Shown: positions 37,346-51,319, numbered from the stretch's first letter. The stretch is DNA of 64,000 nucleotides from Oopsacas minuta (GCA_024704765.1 JAKMXF010000314.1:109377-173376), one strand, 5' to 3'. The notes: a model not told the origin generated them from the sequence alone. Translations and numbers: made by a program.

Positions 37346-39726
37346 TCTCCTAAACTGTCATCCGTGCATTCCTTGATCGTCTTCATCTAGTAACTGATGA
37401 AACATCTCCAGTTGCAGGCGTGGAGGAGCACAAGAAGGAGATCAAAGAAGAGGAGGATAGAGGCCAGTGCACGTAAATATCAAAATCAGGGAGGATGGTA
37501 AAGTGCAGCCACATCCCAATGCAAACATGGAAGCATTGGAGATAATGTGGCTGTCCAAATTCCATCTGAGATCGTGGAAGAGGAGACCACCGGAACATTC
37601 TATGAGTCATTCTTTATAGGGATGAGAGAGATCAGTACAAGATTGCTGTGAAATTAGGAATCCTAAAGTTTACATTTCCGTAATCAGTTTGATCTTTGCT
37701 CACGGAAATTGTTAACCTTCGATCATTTTGATCAGGAACAGTCGGTTTCATTAAGATGTGCAGTTATTGCAGAACCTACAACAGGAGATCAAGGCTTCAC
37801 TAAATGCAACTGTCGACGTTCCAAGAAATGCCAGACCAATAGATGCAAATGCTATAAAGCTAGGCTAGAGTGCAATAACAGTTGTTACAGTAGCCCAAAC
37901 TGTCCTAATAAGTAATTATCAATGGATATATAGACTCATTATTATAGTTTGAATACTAGGAATGTATGTGTTGTAATTATTTTGAGTTCATTACTTCTAT
38001 CCAATTATATGTTTTTCATCATGATAATTGCATACACTTATATAAGCTATACTTATTGTCTCATTTATCATAAATGTATTAGAATAAATAAATAATACTT
38101 TCTGACTTTGTGTTAATTCTTACTATTAATGTCTCTATATACTTGTCAGGAAATTCAGGAATTTCCTGAATTCACACAACTAAAGTAACACATAGAGATT
38201 GATTGCGTTTAAAATATTCGTAGATGCTAATACAAAGGACAAAGCTCAGGGATACTTCCGCCAGTAGCGAAGCGACTGGCGGAGGTAACCATGAACTTTA
38301 TTGCCTGCCTTGATATTATATTATAATACTATCTAATTACACTCGCAGTATAAGTTGACTCAACTTCATCCATTAGTTTCTATACTTTGAATTAGACGAA
38401 AATATACTTTTTTAGCCTCTGCGCTAGTTTCTTGGAGTTTACAATTGTTGTGTTTGACCTTCTACAATATGCAGTATATCATAGCCCACTAAAGATAAGG
38501 CCTGATCACTGAATCAATTTCATTGGACCAGGAATAAAGGTGGTGGATAAGTTTCGATGAGATATTGATAATCGTGGAAAATTTGAAACTGGTAATCGAG
38601 TTAAAAGATGATATTAACATAATAAGTGCATCAATAGTCTGTGCGATAACTCAGAAAATTTCGAAATTTGTCATGACGATTTAATACAATTTGTACAGAA
38701 ACGGTTTTAGATCACTTGGTATTTCAACATTTTCATAGATTAATAATTAAGGTTCTACATGGTTTCGAAGATAGACCATTATTTAATGGATACTTGCTAA
38801 CTACCCTAACGAGAAGACGTCTTTTTGCTCCGAAAATTGATTAATGGACTCCCATCAAAATATATCCCTTTCTTTTATCCCTAGTCAAATGTAGTGATCA
38901 AGCATTATCTTTAGTAGGTTATGAGTATATATACATTACCCCCATAAAGTATTCAGGATCGTGATATGGGTGAGAAATTCCTCCAAGTGCCATGAAAGTC
39001 AGAAATGACACACATTATAGGATATTATCTTGATGTTAGCAAGAGTAGAGCGTGAACAACTATTAAAGCCGTTCCAGCTATAATTGTCTCGGACTGAAAA
39101 ATATGTTGAAGATATGAAAGTAATCTTTTCAACGATCATTTATGCTATCGAACCACTTGAAGAACCATGGATACACTCGGGCATTGATCTTGTTTGTGAT
39201 ACGCCGATCAAACAGTTGGCTATCACAACACACTTGTTATTCTATGGTATGTTTCTAAGTTTGGGTTTGATCGTCCTCTAAAGACCATAACTAGAAAAGA
39301 AGAAATAGGCACAACAGATTACAGGATATTATCTAACATATGCTGAGAACTTTGCATAAATCATTCTATAGTGTCCAGCAGCTTGTCCAGGATTTTGAAT
39401 ATAACCCCCAGGTAGATACAGGAATTTGTGTAGTGAAATTCCCCAATGTGAGGATTTAGACCTAATCATGTTGGTTACCCTAATATATGGGCATGTTCAC
39501 AATTAGGTGTCATTGGTAAGAAATATCATGACAAAATGTGAGGATATTAGTCAGGTACCATTTCTTAGTTTTAGATGTGTCAAGGCATTTATTGTTCATT
39601 GTGGGAACAAGTCTTTTGAAGGTAATTCAAAGCTGTTGAATGGCCATATTCTGACCACTTTTAAGAATGAAATGTAGCATATTTTTGTGTTGTCAAGGAA
39701 AAAAGAAAATTGCAAACATAGTAAGG

Positions 39727-42085
39727 CAGTGGCGTAGATAGGACTAGGCCTAGGAAATGTTACCTTGGTCTGGGTATTCAGGTTGCAAGTCCAGCCTAGT
39801 CCCTCGGTTCTGGTTTTAGGCAAATTTTAGGTCCGTTGCCAATTCTACAGTATGATAGAATTTTTGTTAATGTGTATCATTTTCTGATTTACTTTATTAT
39901 TAAGACTTTGGATAATTAGGAGCTGACTAGGCCGAATTTATCTCCAAAGACTCTTTCTCAATGCAGATGGCCTTTGTTAACTAATGTGGCAGAATTTGAT
40001 CAATGAAATAAACAGGAAGCTTACTGCCTTTTCTGAATTATTCGAAATACTTGATACAAATCCATCTCAAATAAGTCTTCCCAGTTCTGTCCAGAGCAAG
40101 TGAGTATAGTACAATCTTTCAAATCATCAGATAATTCAGTAGGGGAAATTGAAGGACCTGTTCAACCAGGAAACTTGCAATTGCCTTTTAGGAATTCCTC
40201 TGAGAAGCTTCTTGTTTTAAAAATTGCCTGGCATAGTGAATACCCTTGGATATGTTGTTTTGCATGCCAACATTCGCATCACTACATGGAAAGGCAGAGA
40301 AATTTTTAGGATGCATGGTTTTCGTTATTGGAATAATGCTACAGGAAAAGAGTGCACTTATAATTCATAAAACAGCATAATGCACCCTAATTCTCTGCTA
40401 ACAATAAAATAATATAAAGGAATTTCCTCACTACATCTATTCCTCATATACTTGAACCAAGGAGTGGAACAGATTAGGAAGAATCGCTACTAATCTATTC
40501 AATTGTTAATGCCTTGTTATTATGCGATCATCAAGCGAGGATTTGCAGCGCTCTGCAGTCTAGACGTCCGTTTCCTTGTTAGCCGATGAAAGCAAGACCT
40601 TAAGCAAAACAGAGCATTTAACAGTTGTACTCAAACATGTAGATATAAGTCATGGCAGTATACATAGACATTTCTTAACTTCTGTGCGGGCGAAAAAGTT
40701 TCACCAAGGATAGTTACCAACTACTTAATTGATACACTTAGAAAGTATTCACCTGACCCGAAACAATTGCATCTCAAGAATATAATGATGCGGCTGTCAT
40801 GAGTGGGAGATATACTAGTGCTTAAGAACGAATTAAAGAAGTTGGGCCTTATGCAACGTACATTCACTGTTACTCTCATAATTTAACTTGGTATTAGTAA
40901 ATTGTGTAAAGAATAATCATGAAGCAAGCAAATTTTTTGTTCTTATCCATGCTTTGTTTATTTGTGTCGACAAGTAAAGTTATGTCATTTTTATCGAAGC
41001 ACAAAAGAAGATTTACCCAGACAGAGCCTGGAGTATTAGTAAGTCTATCTGATACCCGCTGTAACTGCTGATACTTATCGGTATCACATCTAGTATTCGC
41101 AGTAATCGAAAACCTAGAAGAGGTGGCAGGGGAAAATCATGGAATCTTTTGTATGAGTACAGTAAAAAAGCTGCATATCAAACAGCTAATAATATTGCAC
41201 TGAATAATAAATGATATACAAGAGTCCCAAATGACTAGAGAACATGCTAGATTTTGAATCAATTGGTTCGATTAAATTATTAATTTGGTTGAAGTGTGTA
41301 AAGTTAGTGTTCATTACCAAGATTAGAATTCTTTTATTTCAGAGATGAAAGGCCAATTTACGATCCAAAATGTCGAAAAGTGAAAGCTGTCCAAGCATGT
41401 TCGCCTGATTTGATTAGGTTTTTGGATCCGAATATTTGCTTCCAATGGTTGATGCATACAATCTGAAGAAAGATTTCATAAGAATGGAAGCTACTTTAGC
41501 ACGCCGTTCTCTAAAGGCGAAAGAAATGCATGGTATTAGTGATGTCACTAAATTCATGAAAAAAAATCATTCCCCACCATTCTGAAGCTCTATAAATTTG
41601 CCTCAGCACAGCAGAGTTTGAAAGAAGCTCTTCAGCAATGAAAAGAATAAAGACCCACTTTCGCACAACAATTGCTAATGAACGACTTAGAGATCTAGTT
41701 ATATTGCCTATCGAGGAATGATTTCTAGCAATTTAGTGATAGATTATATAATTGATAGATTGCACCAATTGATTCTAATAGGGAGATTGAATTCAATCAA
41801 ATATACATTTTTCGAAACAAAGTGGGATCAGGGTTAAATGATAATATACTTAAATATAATCAGTTACAATCATTTAATTGCTTCATGAATGACTATCTGT
41901 GTATGTGATTATATTTCTATAATTAATTGTGAGCATGCTTTCTATATTATATTGATTTGTGGGAATTAATAGTTCAATTTTTGTTAAATCAGGATTAAGA
42001 TCATTTCCAATGCAAAAGGTCTTCATCTAGATCCACAAATTAATTGAGGTTTGAGTGCCTGGGTAGTTAGTAGACTCTAGCCACT
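39727..42085 (+). pseudogene. Older hAT transposon (DUF4371-type) relic
   Basis: CAGTGGCGTAG left end and a degenerate CTAGCCACT right end. Remnants WHSEYPWICCFAC, LLADESK..KTEHLTVVL, YIHCYSHNL and STAEFERSSSAMKRIKTHFRTT..NERL. Confidence 0.7.
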
Positions 42086-44309
42086 CCACTATGGTCAAGT
42101 GACACTTATAAAGAAAGCAAATTTTATGCTGATTACGAATATCTAAGTAAAAAGTCGATGTTTTTGCAGATATTCTTAATCAACAAGAAAGTTACCTAAA
42201 TTGTGGAGTGACTTGATCATGCTTGAAATCACATTTCTTTGACAACACAAGTATATATTATTACATTCTCAAAAGTGGTCAAAATATGGCAAAATGAACC
42301 GTAAATTGCTGGAAATTTGATGCTAAGTACTAATCTGGCGGTAAAAGTTGATTTGATGAGATATGAAATGGGTATTGCCTAGGTGATATTGTGCGAACTA
42401 GCCGAACCGCTATTATATATAATTTCTTAAGGTCAATACGTCTATTTCAGCTTGGCAACAATGATTTTGGATTCTGCAGCTTCGAATTACCCTAAAATAC
42501 ATTTCCAAAAATTAACAACAAATGCATCAACACGGTTCTTCCAGCTCACTTTTCAGATTAGGAACGAGACTATATGGGAAGTCGAATATATACCACGTGG
42601 TAGATTATACGCTATTCCTTCGTGCACTGTCTGGCAGTTAGAATTTTTGCTGAGTACCAATTTACGCTCTGTGAGGAAATCGTCGAGCTACCAAAAGTGA
42701 AAAAACCATTTTAGTACTTACAATCAAAATATCGACATACTTTGGAATAAGGCCAGATACATAAGGGTATTATCTACCTAATGGAAAAAGAATATACGAA
42801 CCATGCAAATCAGGATCTGAATGGAGGGAAAGTAAAGAATAGGGTTACACGCATAGTAAGTTATTTGGCTCAATAGTGTCGTCAAAAGACGCCCTTTAAC
42901 TATATAAGTATGTTTAAATGGGGAGTTGGTATATGAGAGGGTATATACTGTTTATAAGACAGAAACTTCAATATCCTCTATATATTCAATTCGTCACGTA
43001 ATGCCGATATCAAGGCGAGGAGTGACCAAAAAAGCACTAACAAAGTTCGCCAGTGTATAGTTAAGCTAAAATGAGGAACTCAGAGGTGACAACACGCGCG
43101 CCTGTCCGGCAGCGACCAACCAAACGATGGGCACTAGTATAGTAAAAATTGGGCATGCAGAATTGACAATCACTTTCATGATTTTTGAGTTTCTAACGTG
43201 CTTCGATTTGTAGATCCCTGCGCGACAGCTTAGTGATCCATGTTAGAATAAGTATTAACTAAACAGCAATTTTTATAGTCTTATTACTCCCTAAGCGACA
43301 GAATATACTCGATACTATGGACCTCGAATTCACAGAATAGGAAAAAGTATAAGATAATATTATCCATGATACATCCATCATACATTCAATGCCTTCTGTG
43401 GTGACAGTGTAGATGCTATGTCGATTTTGGATAATAATTTCGACACCTCGTGATTTGGGTATCAAGAAATTCAAAATATTTCGAAAATGAGAAATTTTGG
43501 ATATTTTTGTACAGCCACGAATACAGTAATGGGTTCAATTCATGAATGGAATGGGGATTTATGTTTCTAACTACATTCCATTCATAATGGGATTGGAAAT
43601 TAAAGGGCTGAGAATGGGAATTAACTCTGAAGATTTGGTTTTGGATTGTGAATTAAAGGAATAAATTCTGAATTGAATCCATCCTTGGACTCGTGATGAC
43701 GCAAGACATTTGGCATATTGATGAGTACCTGTGATATAAATTGAAGGTTCTATCATGTATATTGGGTGAGCAAATAATGTTATTTCTGAAAAAGCAAAGT
43801 GTGATAATGAGGTCATAATTAAATTTTATATACTTAACAAGGTTGATATAAATCATGGTTTTTATTGTAATATATATCAGATCTTTTGGCTGATACATCA
43901 AATATACTGAGAATCAAATGGTGTAATGGTTTATTTTTGCGAAATCCAAACTCACTATGATTATGAAAAAATATTATAATGTTTAAATACGCAATTGATG
44001 ATGATTGTTCACGGTAAATACGATAATAATATATGAATATAATCATTGATTAAATTACTTGATTTAAATCAAACAACCCTGAATAATTTCATCATAGGTG
44101 TGAATTTTCGTCCAAGACACGATTTTGTCGGAGCCAGGCCCAAAATACCCCTGTATACCAAAAGTTGCCCCAGGGTCTTCCAGTTTCTTCAACCAATTCT
44201 GGACCTACAATCATATACGTAGTATATACACACACATACACACAGATTATTTGCGTTTTAATAGTAGAGATAGTAATGAATACGCAATTAATCTGTATGT
44301 GTATATATA

Positions 44310-45212
44310 CAGTTAAGGGACAAAAGTATTCGACCACACAAATATATTTTCATAAATTGTATACTCTTTCCCGCTCCTATAAACTGTATAGTCTATATTC
44401 GTAGCTGCAATCTAGTAATTTGCATAGAATAACATGTTTTTCAAGAATTTCAAAAAAATATTTTCGATTTACACTTTTTGAAGGTGTTAATTATTAATAA
44501 TTATTGGATAATTATTGATAATCAAAATATATGGTAATTCAAAGCCTATTAAGAATCTATAATTTCTGACTTGATATTTGAATTCTACTTAGGCGAGTTA
44601 CCCCAGATTAAAATTTCCAATGGGATTGAACAATTTTTACCAAAGTTATAGAAAAAATTTCAATTTGTGCCACTTGTTGCAAAAAGTGACACTGGTAGCT
44701 GGAAAAAGCGCCACTACAAGGAAATCAACTAGGGTTAGGAGGAATAAGTCATAGTAATATTTTCGGATTATATGACTATGCTAACCCTTGAATTACAAAA
44801 TAACCTCTTGGTAACGGCCACTTGTGCCCCTTGGGCAAAAGGTGGCACAAATGGCACAAATTGAAATTCATCTATAACTCTGGCAAAAATTGTTCAATCT
44901 CATTGAAAATTTAATCTGGGGTAACTCGCCTAAGTAGAATTCAAATATCAAGTCAGAAATTATAGATTCTTAATAGGTTTTGAATTACCACATATTTTGA
45001 TTATCAATAATTATCTAATAATTATAAATAATTAACACCTTCAAAAAGTGTAAATCGAAAATATTTTTTTGAAATTCTTGAAAAACATGTTATTCTATGC
45101 AAATTACTAGATTGCAGCTACGAATATAAACTATACAGTGTATAGGAACGGGAAAGAGTATACAATTTACGACAATATATTTGTGTGGTCGAATACTTTT
45201 GTCCCTTAACTG
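44310..45212. mobile_element. Long palindromic Tc1-like MITE (903 bp, ~350-bp arms)
   Basis: TA|CAGTTAAGGGACAAAAGTATTCGACCACACAAATAT ... ATATTTGTGTGGTCGAATACTTTTGTCCCTTAACTG|TA. The arms stay complementary to about 44660/44860. Confidence 0.93.
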
Positions 45213-45520
45213 TATATATGTTTGCATGACCCGAAATTATTAAAGAAACTGGAGAACCCCTTAACTTTAGGACTGATTTTTGGCATCTAGGGGTGTTTGA
45301 GCATGGCTCTGAGAAGTTTGAATATTGGATGAAATTCATAACGACGAGATGATGACATTATTGTCTCCTTTGAATTTTGAAAATCGCATTATAGCGACTG
45401 CTCAGCCAATACAAATGATAGATGGTTGAAATTTGAGCACATGCACCCCACAATATGTCAAATGTCCTGACGTCACTTTGAACAATTACAAACTCATCAT
45501 TACAAATATTACGTCATCAT

Positions 45521-46033
45521 CTAGGGTGCGACCCGTAAAGCCCGTGGTCCGTGGCCCGCTATCAAAGCCCGCGGCGTGCGGCCCGCTTATTTATTCCACC
45601 AGCCCGTGATATAGGAAGTTTGTTTATTTTATGGCACTGTTGGCTGAATTCGTAAATGTATTCTCAAAGAATTGAGAATTCCTATAAATTCCGCGTTATA
45701 AGATGCGGGAAATCGTGTGCGCAAATAGTATATATATGAAACTTTATATATATGCAACACTTTGATTGTTTCATTAGTTACAGATAACACTGACATGATT
45801 CTAACTCTCTATGAGGATTATTAGATTAAACGAAAATAACATTTATAATACTTATGATACTTACATATACTAAAATAGTAATAATTTCATGACCTAATTC
45901 GATAATTAAAGTATATTCATCATCTGTAAAATTGTTCTTTTTGACTCTTTTCAGCCCGTTTTGTGCCCGCGGCCCGTGGAAAAAAGCCCGCAGCCCGTGA
46001 TTTACAATAAAGCGCGCACGGGTCGCACCCTAG
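45521..46033. mobile_element. hAT-type MITE, copy 2 (513 bp)
   Basis: Same TIRs as 3567-4078; perfect 8-bp TSD GTCATCAT (45513-45520, 46034-46041). Confidence 0.95.
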
Positions 46034-46224
46034 GTCATCATGACTGTACCAAAATTCTTAATTTTCTTAATTTCTTAATTGCTGAGGCATGAAGTACCCC
46101 TAGATTACTAAGCAAAAGCAACATAGCATCCCGGTGTGACCACAGAAGGCCATTAAGTGCAATTTGGATGGACCATGGATAACTTAAGCTCAAAATTGTG
46201 CTGTAGAACAAACTCGAGGCATAA

Positions 46225-49032
46225 TAGTGATCGACCGGGATCCCGGTTTTAGTCCCGTCCCAGGCAATCCCGGTAAAAATCCATATTTTTTCAGGGATTC
46301 CTACCCAGAAATTAACAACTCAATAGTTGCTAATTGAAAGCATGCACGTAGAACGAAAAATATTTTTTATAATTGAACTTTCATTACATATTGTGAAGTG
46401 CTGTGACTGAGTATTTATAAAATGGAAGGCGATATCAGTTTAAACTTTTATATTATTATGGATGGAAATCTATGTCTAACAAACATGTGAATTATGAATT
46501 TTGTTCTACTAAGACAACTAAACTAGCGAAATGTATCTATTTATTGTCACTTTCTTCACTGTCACTGCTTTCATTTTTGACTTGGTAAATGTCACCATCT
46601 TGGTTTTCCTCCATCATTTCGATGGTTAATTCATTGGGTTGACTGAAAGATTCCGGTGGCTGTGAAATCTGAGTGTCCCATCCAATAGATCGCAGATTGT
46701 ACTTTAGAAATAGTAATTTTTCAATGTTTGTAGGGAGTAGCCTGATTCATCGATTGTTTGTGATTATTCCAGCTATACTAAATACTCTTTCTGATGTAGA
46801 CGAGCTCGCTGGTGTGGAAAGAAATGTTTTACCAAGAAAGTAAGATAGGAAACTGTTTTTCACTTACTTTCCAAAACATAAGACAGTCCCCATCAATGGG
46901 CATCATTTTACAGTTTGAGGAAAATTCAATAAATTCTTTCTCAATATCACTTTTTCTTCGCACACTTACATCTTCCTCATCCTCACTGAGAACACAGTCT
47001 TCTTATGAAAATGATCTAGGCTCATGCCCTCATCCTCAACCGGATCAAAACTGTTTGGGGTAGGATCTGTTATTTTGGAGTTCCTTGAATTTAGAAAGTC
47101 TTTGGAAACACATTTAAGTCTTTGTTTAGCACTTTCAGCATTTTCGTTCTTTTGGAAAAACAATCCCTTGTATCGTGGATCTAGTAGAGTTGCAAATGTG
47201 TGGACATGGCTTATTTCAACGTTTACAAAATGGGCTCTGATATCGCCGCCCTCTAAATAGATGTGAATGTTTTCTAATAATTTGCTCTTCAACGTGCATG
47301 TTCCAAATTCATGTACCTGTTCGAGCTCCATTTTCGTTCGTTTTGTGATATGAATGATATCTGAAATTGAAGCTTAATCACCTTCAACTAACAAAGTAGC
47401 AGTATAAATAGGTTTAAGGAGTGTCATTACTTTCGGCATAATATCACAGTCATTGGGGGTCGGTTTACAATCTGTGGATACTTTTAGATGAGCATCATCT
47501 TCAGCGGATCTAATCACAATTTTTAGTTCCAAGCCCTTTCAAACATCAAATAATTGCTATTCCATCTGGTTTGCACACAAAGAATCAAAGAATTTTCAGG
47601 AATGCCCATTTCTTGCTGGATTTTTCTTAAAATACTATTTGCCTTTGGTTTGGAGAGTTTTTTTATTAGTTTTTTGAGGCGTTGTCCCATCAGTATCACA
47701 CCACTTTGCTCTAATATCCCATGTTTCACAATGAGATGGAGGATGTGGCACAAGCAACCAACCGACTGTTGATTTGCAATTTCTCAGGCTTTCACTAGGT
47801 TAGCTGCGTTGTCTCTAACAGGACAATGGACATTTTGAAGACACCAACTTTTTCGAATTTCTGACAAGACCATTGCGATGCGTTCTCCAGTATGTGCGCT
47901 ATCGTAAGACATACATCGTAGGATTGCTGTTTTCTTCTGCCAATTGAAATTAATATAGTGTAGTATAACTAATAAAGGATCGTTGTCCTTTGCTAGACCA
48001 GATATCTGTTGTTATGGAGTATACTGCGACATCATTTTCGTAAAAAGACTGTTTTATAATGCATTGTATTCGTCTATACAAGTTGGGAGTCAGTTATTGT
48101 CGAATTCTCTTTCTGATGGAACAATAACCCATGTTTAAATGAGAAATCAATTTCTGGAACTGATCATTGCTAACTGGTGAATATGGCAACAAACCATCAC
48201 ACAGCCACTGCACCAATGGTGTTTCACCGAAAATCTGTTCAGGTCTATCTGGATTCCATTTATTTGATAGGCCATTAGTTTCTGGTAATGTTAATTGAGT
48301 TGTTGAGAGTGAGCAAACCTTTTTTAAAAATTTTTTTCAACTATCTTTGCTTGTTTTGTTGCAGCAGTCGCAATTTTCTCATCTTTAGCACTATCGCAAT
48401 CATATTTGAGCCGATTTTTTAAATGGATCCAAAGAGCTTTAGTCGAGAAGTCTTTTCTTTCAGCTCTATCTTTTCCTCTACGGACCTTGGTAGTTTTACA
48501 TCCAAAACCATAACATTAGCAAAAGATGGATTAGTGGGGTTCACAGTGAAATAGGACCATACACTCGATCTGGGACGTTTACTCACCATCGATAAGATAC
48601 TTAGATACGTTTCAAACAAGATAGCTTAAAAATTAGGGTTCAGTCACTTCAGTGTGATTATTGAAATATAAGAAATCGCACCAGCAATAAGTACTTGTAT
48701 AATTCCTAATTCTTATTATCATATTGGTAAGAAGCCAACGGCTGACTAACTGGGGAAAATTGTTGATAGAATCTAATTGGTTAATAATTAGGTTTTGATC
48801 GTTGGCAGTGCTTTTGCAATGCAACATCGACAATGAGATATTTAGTGTAACTTTACTATCTTACGATTCTCCGCCCTATGAACTAAGTAACATTCGCTGG
48901 GTGTAATGGCCCCGATGGGAACAACTTTCTATTGGGAGAGCAATCAATTGATCTACTTCAATCCTGGTTTTAGACCCGGTCCAGGTGAAAAGTTGTATTC
49001 CTGGTCTCGGTCCCGGTCCCGGTCGATCGCTA
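46225..49032 (-). mobile_element. hAT transposon (Ac/ZBED4-like, BED finger), transposase pseudogene
   Basis: TIRs TAG(T/C)GATCGACCGGGA; TSD-like (A)GGCA-TAA / GGCACTAA; RSSVWSYF, VRDNAANL..CLCHILHLIV, QTRWNS, TLLDPRYK, SERVFSIAG..EKLLFLKYNL; many disruptions. Confidence 0.9.
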
Positions 49033-49260
49033 GGCACTAAATGTCGAATATACGAGTCGGGTAGCGACCAAAAGCACTAAGAATTTTAGCTGAATAATTC
49101 ATACTTAAGCTTTCGCGTAAGAAACCTAGCAAGCGAAGCGTGGCAGTACCGAGTAATTGCATTTTAATAATATAGATAATTGGAGAATAACGAAAAGTAC
49201 CATCCCTGGTCTCTACTGTAACTTAGTAACGAGCTAACTTTTGTATTACGATTTTTGATA

Positions 49261-49496
49261 CCGTAAACTGGGGCTACTTTGGCCCACTGGGTTTGCTTTA
49301 GCCCAAATATTGAAATTTGCTTACGTATCGAATAGATATTGTATTTGTATTCGAAATTGTCTCCCGAAATTTGAAAATTCTTTAAAAATTTGGTAAGTCA
49401 TTTTCAAGTATAATACTGAATCTAAACTAGTTTCTTTGAAACTTTGATATTTGGGCTAAAACAAACCCAGTTGGCCAAAGTAGCCCTAGTTTACGG
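49261..49496. mobile_element. TA-flanked MITE (236 bp, ~60-bp TIRs)
   Basis: TA|CCGTAAACTGGGGCTACTTTGGCC ... GGCCAAAGTAGCCCTAGTTTACGG|TA. Confidence 0.85.
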
Positions 49497-49508
49497 TATA
49501 TTAAAGTA

Positions 49509-49990
49509 CAGGGTGCATCAAAAGTGCTCTCGTATTATATATTTGACCATAAAATATTCAATACATAATATAAACTTATATTCTATTTACCAATATAATC
49601 TCCTGACCGATATATAACTTCGCCAATGTGATTAGGCATATCATTTGTTAAATTTTGAAGAATCACAGGGATAATCCCTGAACAAACCCCAATCAAAAGA
49701 GTTACGAGGGAATTTATAGTGCTTACATCGGGGAGTTTACTGAGCTTGTCTGCAAGGATAGACCATAAATTTTCGATCGGATTTAATCCGGGGGAGTTGC
49801 CTGGCCAGTAAACCTTCGACCAGTAGTTTGGCAGGTTCTGAACACCAAGTCTGAGTGAGCTTGGCCGTGTGGGCTGGAGCGCCATTTTCATAAAAATCGG
49901 CTGGGACATCTTTTTCAGCCATAGACCGTTCCAAAAATAGTGCCAGAATTTGCTGTTCTTTTCATTGCATCCATGCAAGTTCCTTTCAAT
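49509..49990 (-). pseudogene. 3' fragment of a Tc1-like transposon
   Basis: FYENGAPAHTAKLTQTW / YWPGNSPGLNPIENLWSIL; terminal TA|CAGGGTG at 49509. Confidence 0.8.
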
Positions 49991-51319
49991 ACATAGCCCA
50001 ACAATATGATAGATAAATTAATGAATCTTCGAATATAAGCTAATATCAAGCATTCGATACGTTATAATTGTTTGTTAAATTAATGGTATCATATCAAAAC
50101 TCAAAACTATTCGAGGGGCCCCCGTAGAGTAAACTCTTGATTAACGAAGTGCTTCGGACACTGGTTCCTTTTGGAAAAGCGGAATTTCTTATTACTCGGA
50201 GTATAATCAATAACTTTCAAGCTACGGGGTAAGGAATCACTTCGTTATAACGAGAGCTTAGTCATATCAGACTCGGTTATAACCTATAACGGGAGTTTAC
50301 TGTATTATCATAGGCATTCTATCTGATATTACCTATCATCTTGTCTCATCACAAAATTAAAGTAAGAATTAAAAATAGAGTCGCTCCAGATAATAATATT
50401 TTACGCAGATTATTCAATTCACCAAAAAAATAAGATTGCAAAATTATCCAAATTTCTGGCAAAATTTCTCATAGAAGCATTAGAAAAGTTGGAGATTGAA
50501 AGGTTGGCGTGAGAGGGGGAGATTACTCCAAAAAGCAGGAGGGTTGGCAGTCCTGATAATATTAGAGTATCCAAAGTGAAACAATGAAAATGGGGAAATC
50601 CATGCAAAGTCAACCAGTCATTTCACCACCATCAACCAATTTGTCTTAAATTATCTATAGAGCGAGCTACAAACATTACTTCTGTAAATATTTCAGAACA
50701 ATCGCTATTTTGTTTCTGACTTAGAACCTCACAAAACTTAACTTAACTTGCTGTTTGAACAAACATTTTCAGAATGTTGTATGTTGAAATAATTGATCAT
50801 TTTTGTAATTCCTAACCGATATCTCATAAACTCTCTGAGATAGGTGTCAACAAGTGCTGACTTATCACATTTGAGGGTTTACCAATTGAGAAAACCATGC
50901 CCTGTTAGATGTTAGGTTCAAACAGAGATTTTTTTGAATGGAAATAATTCATCTATAGTTCCAATTTCGCAAAATTATTTAATACCAATTGGATAAACAT
51001 GTATTATATTGTGTATCAAAAATTTGTGTAGTAAGTAGCCTATGCACCCACTTTATCGAGTCGTTTTAATGGTTAATGACTATTCGGACAATCGTATGTA
51101 TTAGTTAAATTGATTGCATACGAGTTGGAATTATTCTTACTCTCAACTGAGACTCAGAAAATATTGCATAGCCTAAAAAGAATCTCGATCTTATAAGAAA
51201 TTTATTATCAGTTATATACACTGTCAGAACCAAAATATCCAGCTCTTGTTAAAATTTTCATACAAATAGTACTAGTCTATTCCTGAGGGGCTAATACAGA
51301 ATAACAATAAGATTAAGAG

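Larger units (their letters stand above)
33093..38178 (+). mobile_element. KRBA2/SCAND3-type DDE integrase transposon (Ginger2/TDD-like), decayed, with nested hAT
   Basis: TGTGTGAATTCAGGAAA TIRs at both ends. HTANGHAVGDRM..KYANIT...YCEECDK is followed, after the insert, by RGQVDLIDM..MIYQDHLTKF..ILQSDN, then a C-terminal CNC..KKCQTNRCKC..CNNSC motif. Probable intron 33488-33764 (gtaagt...ttttctaaaag). No clear TSD. Confidence 0.8.
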
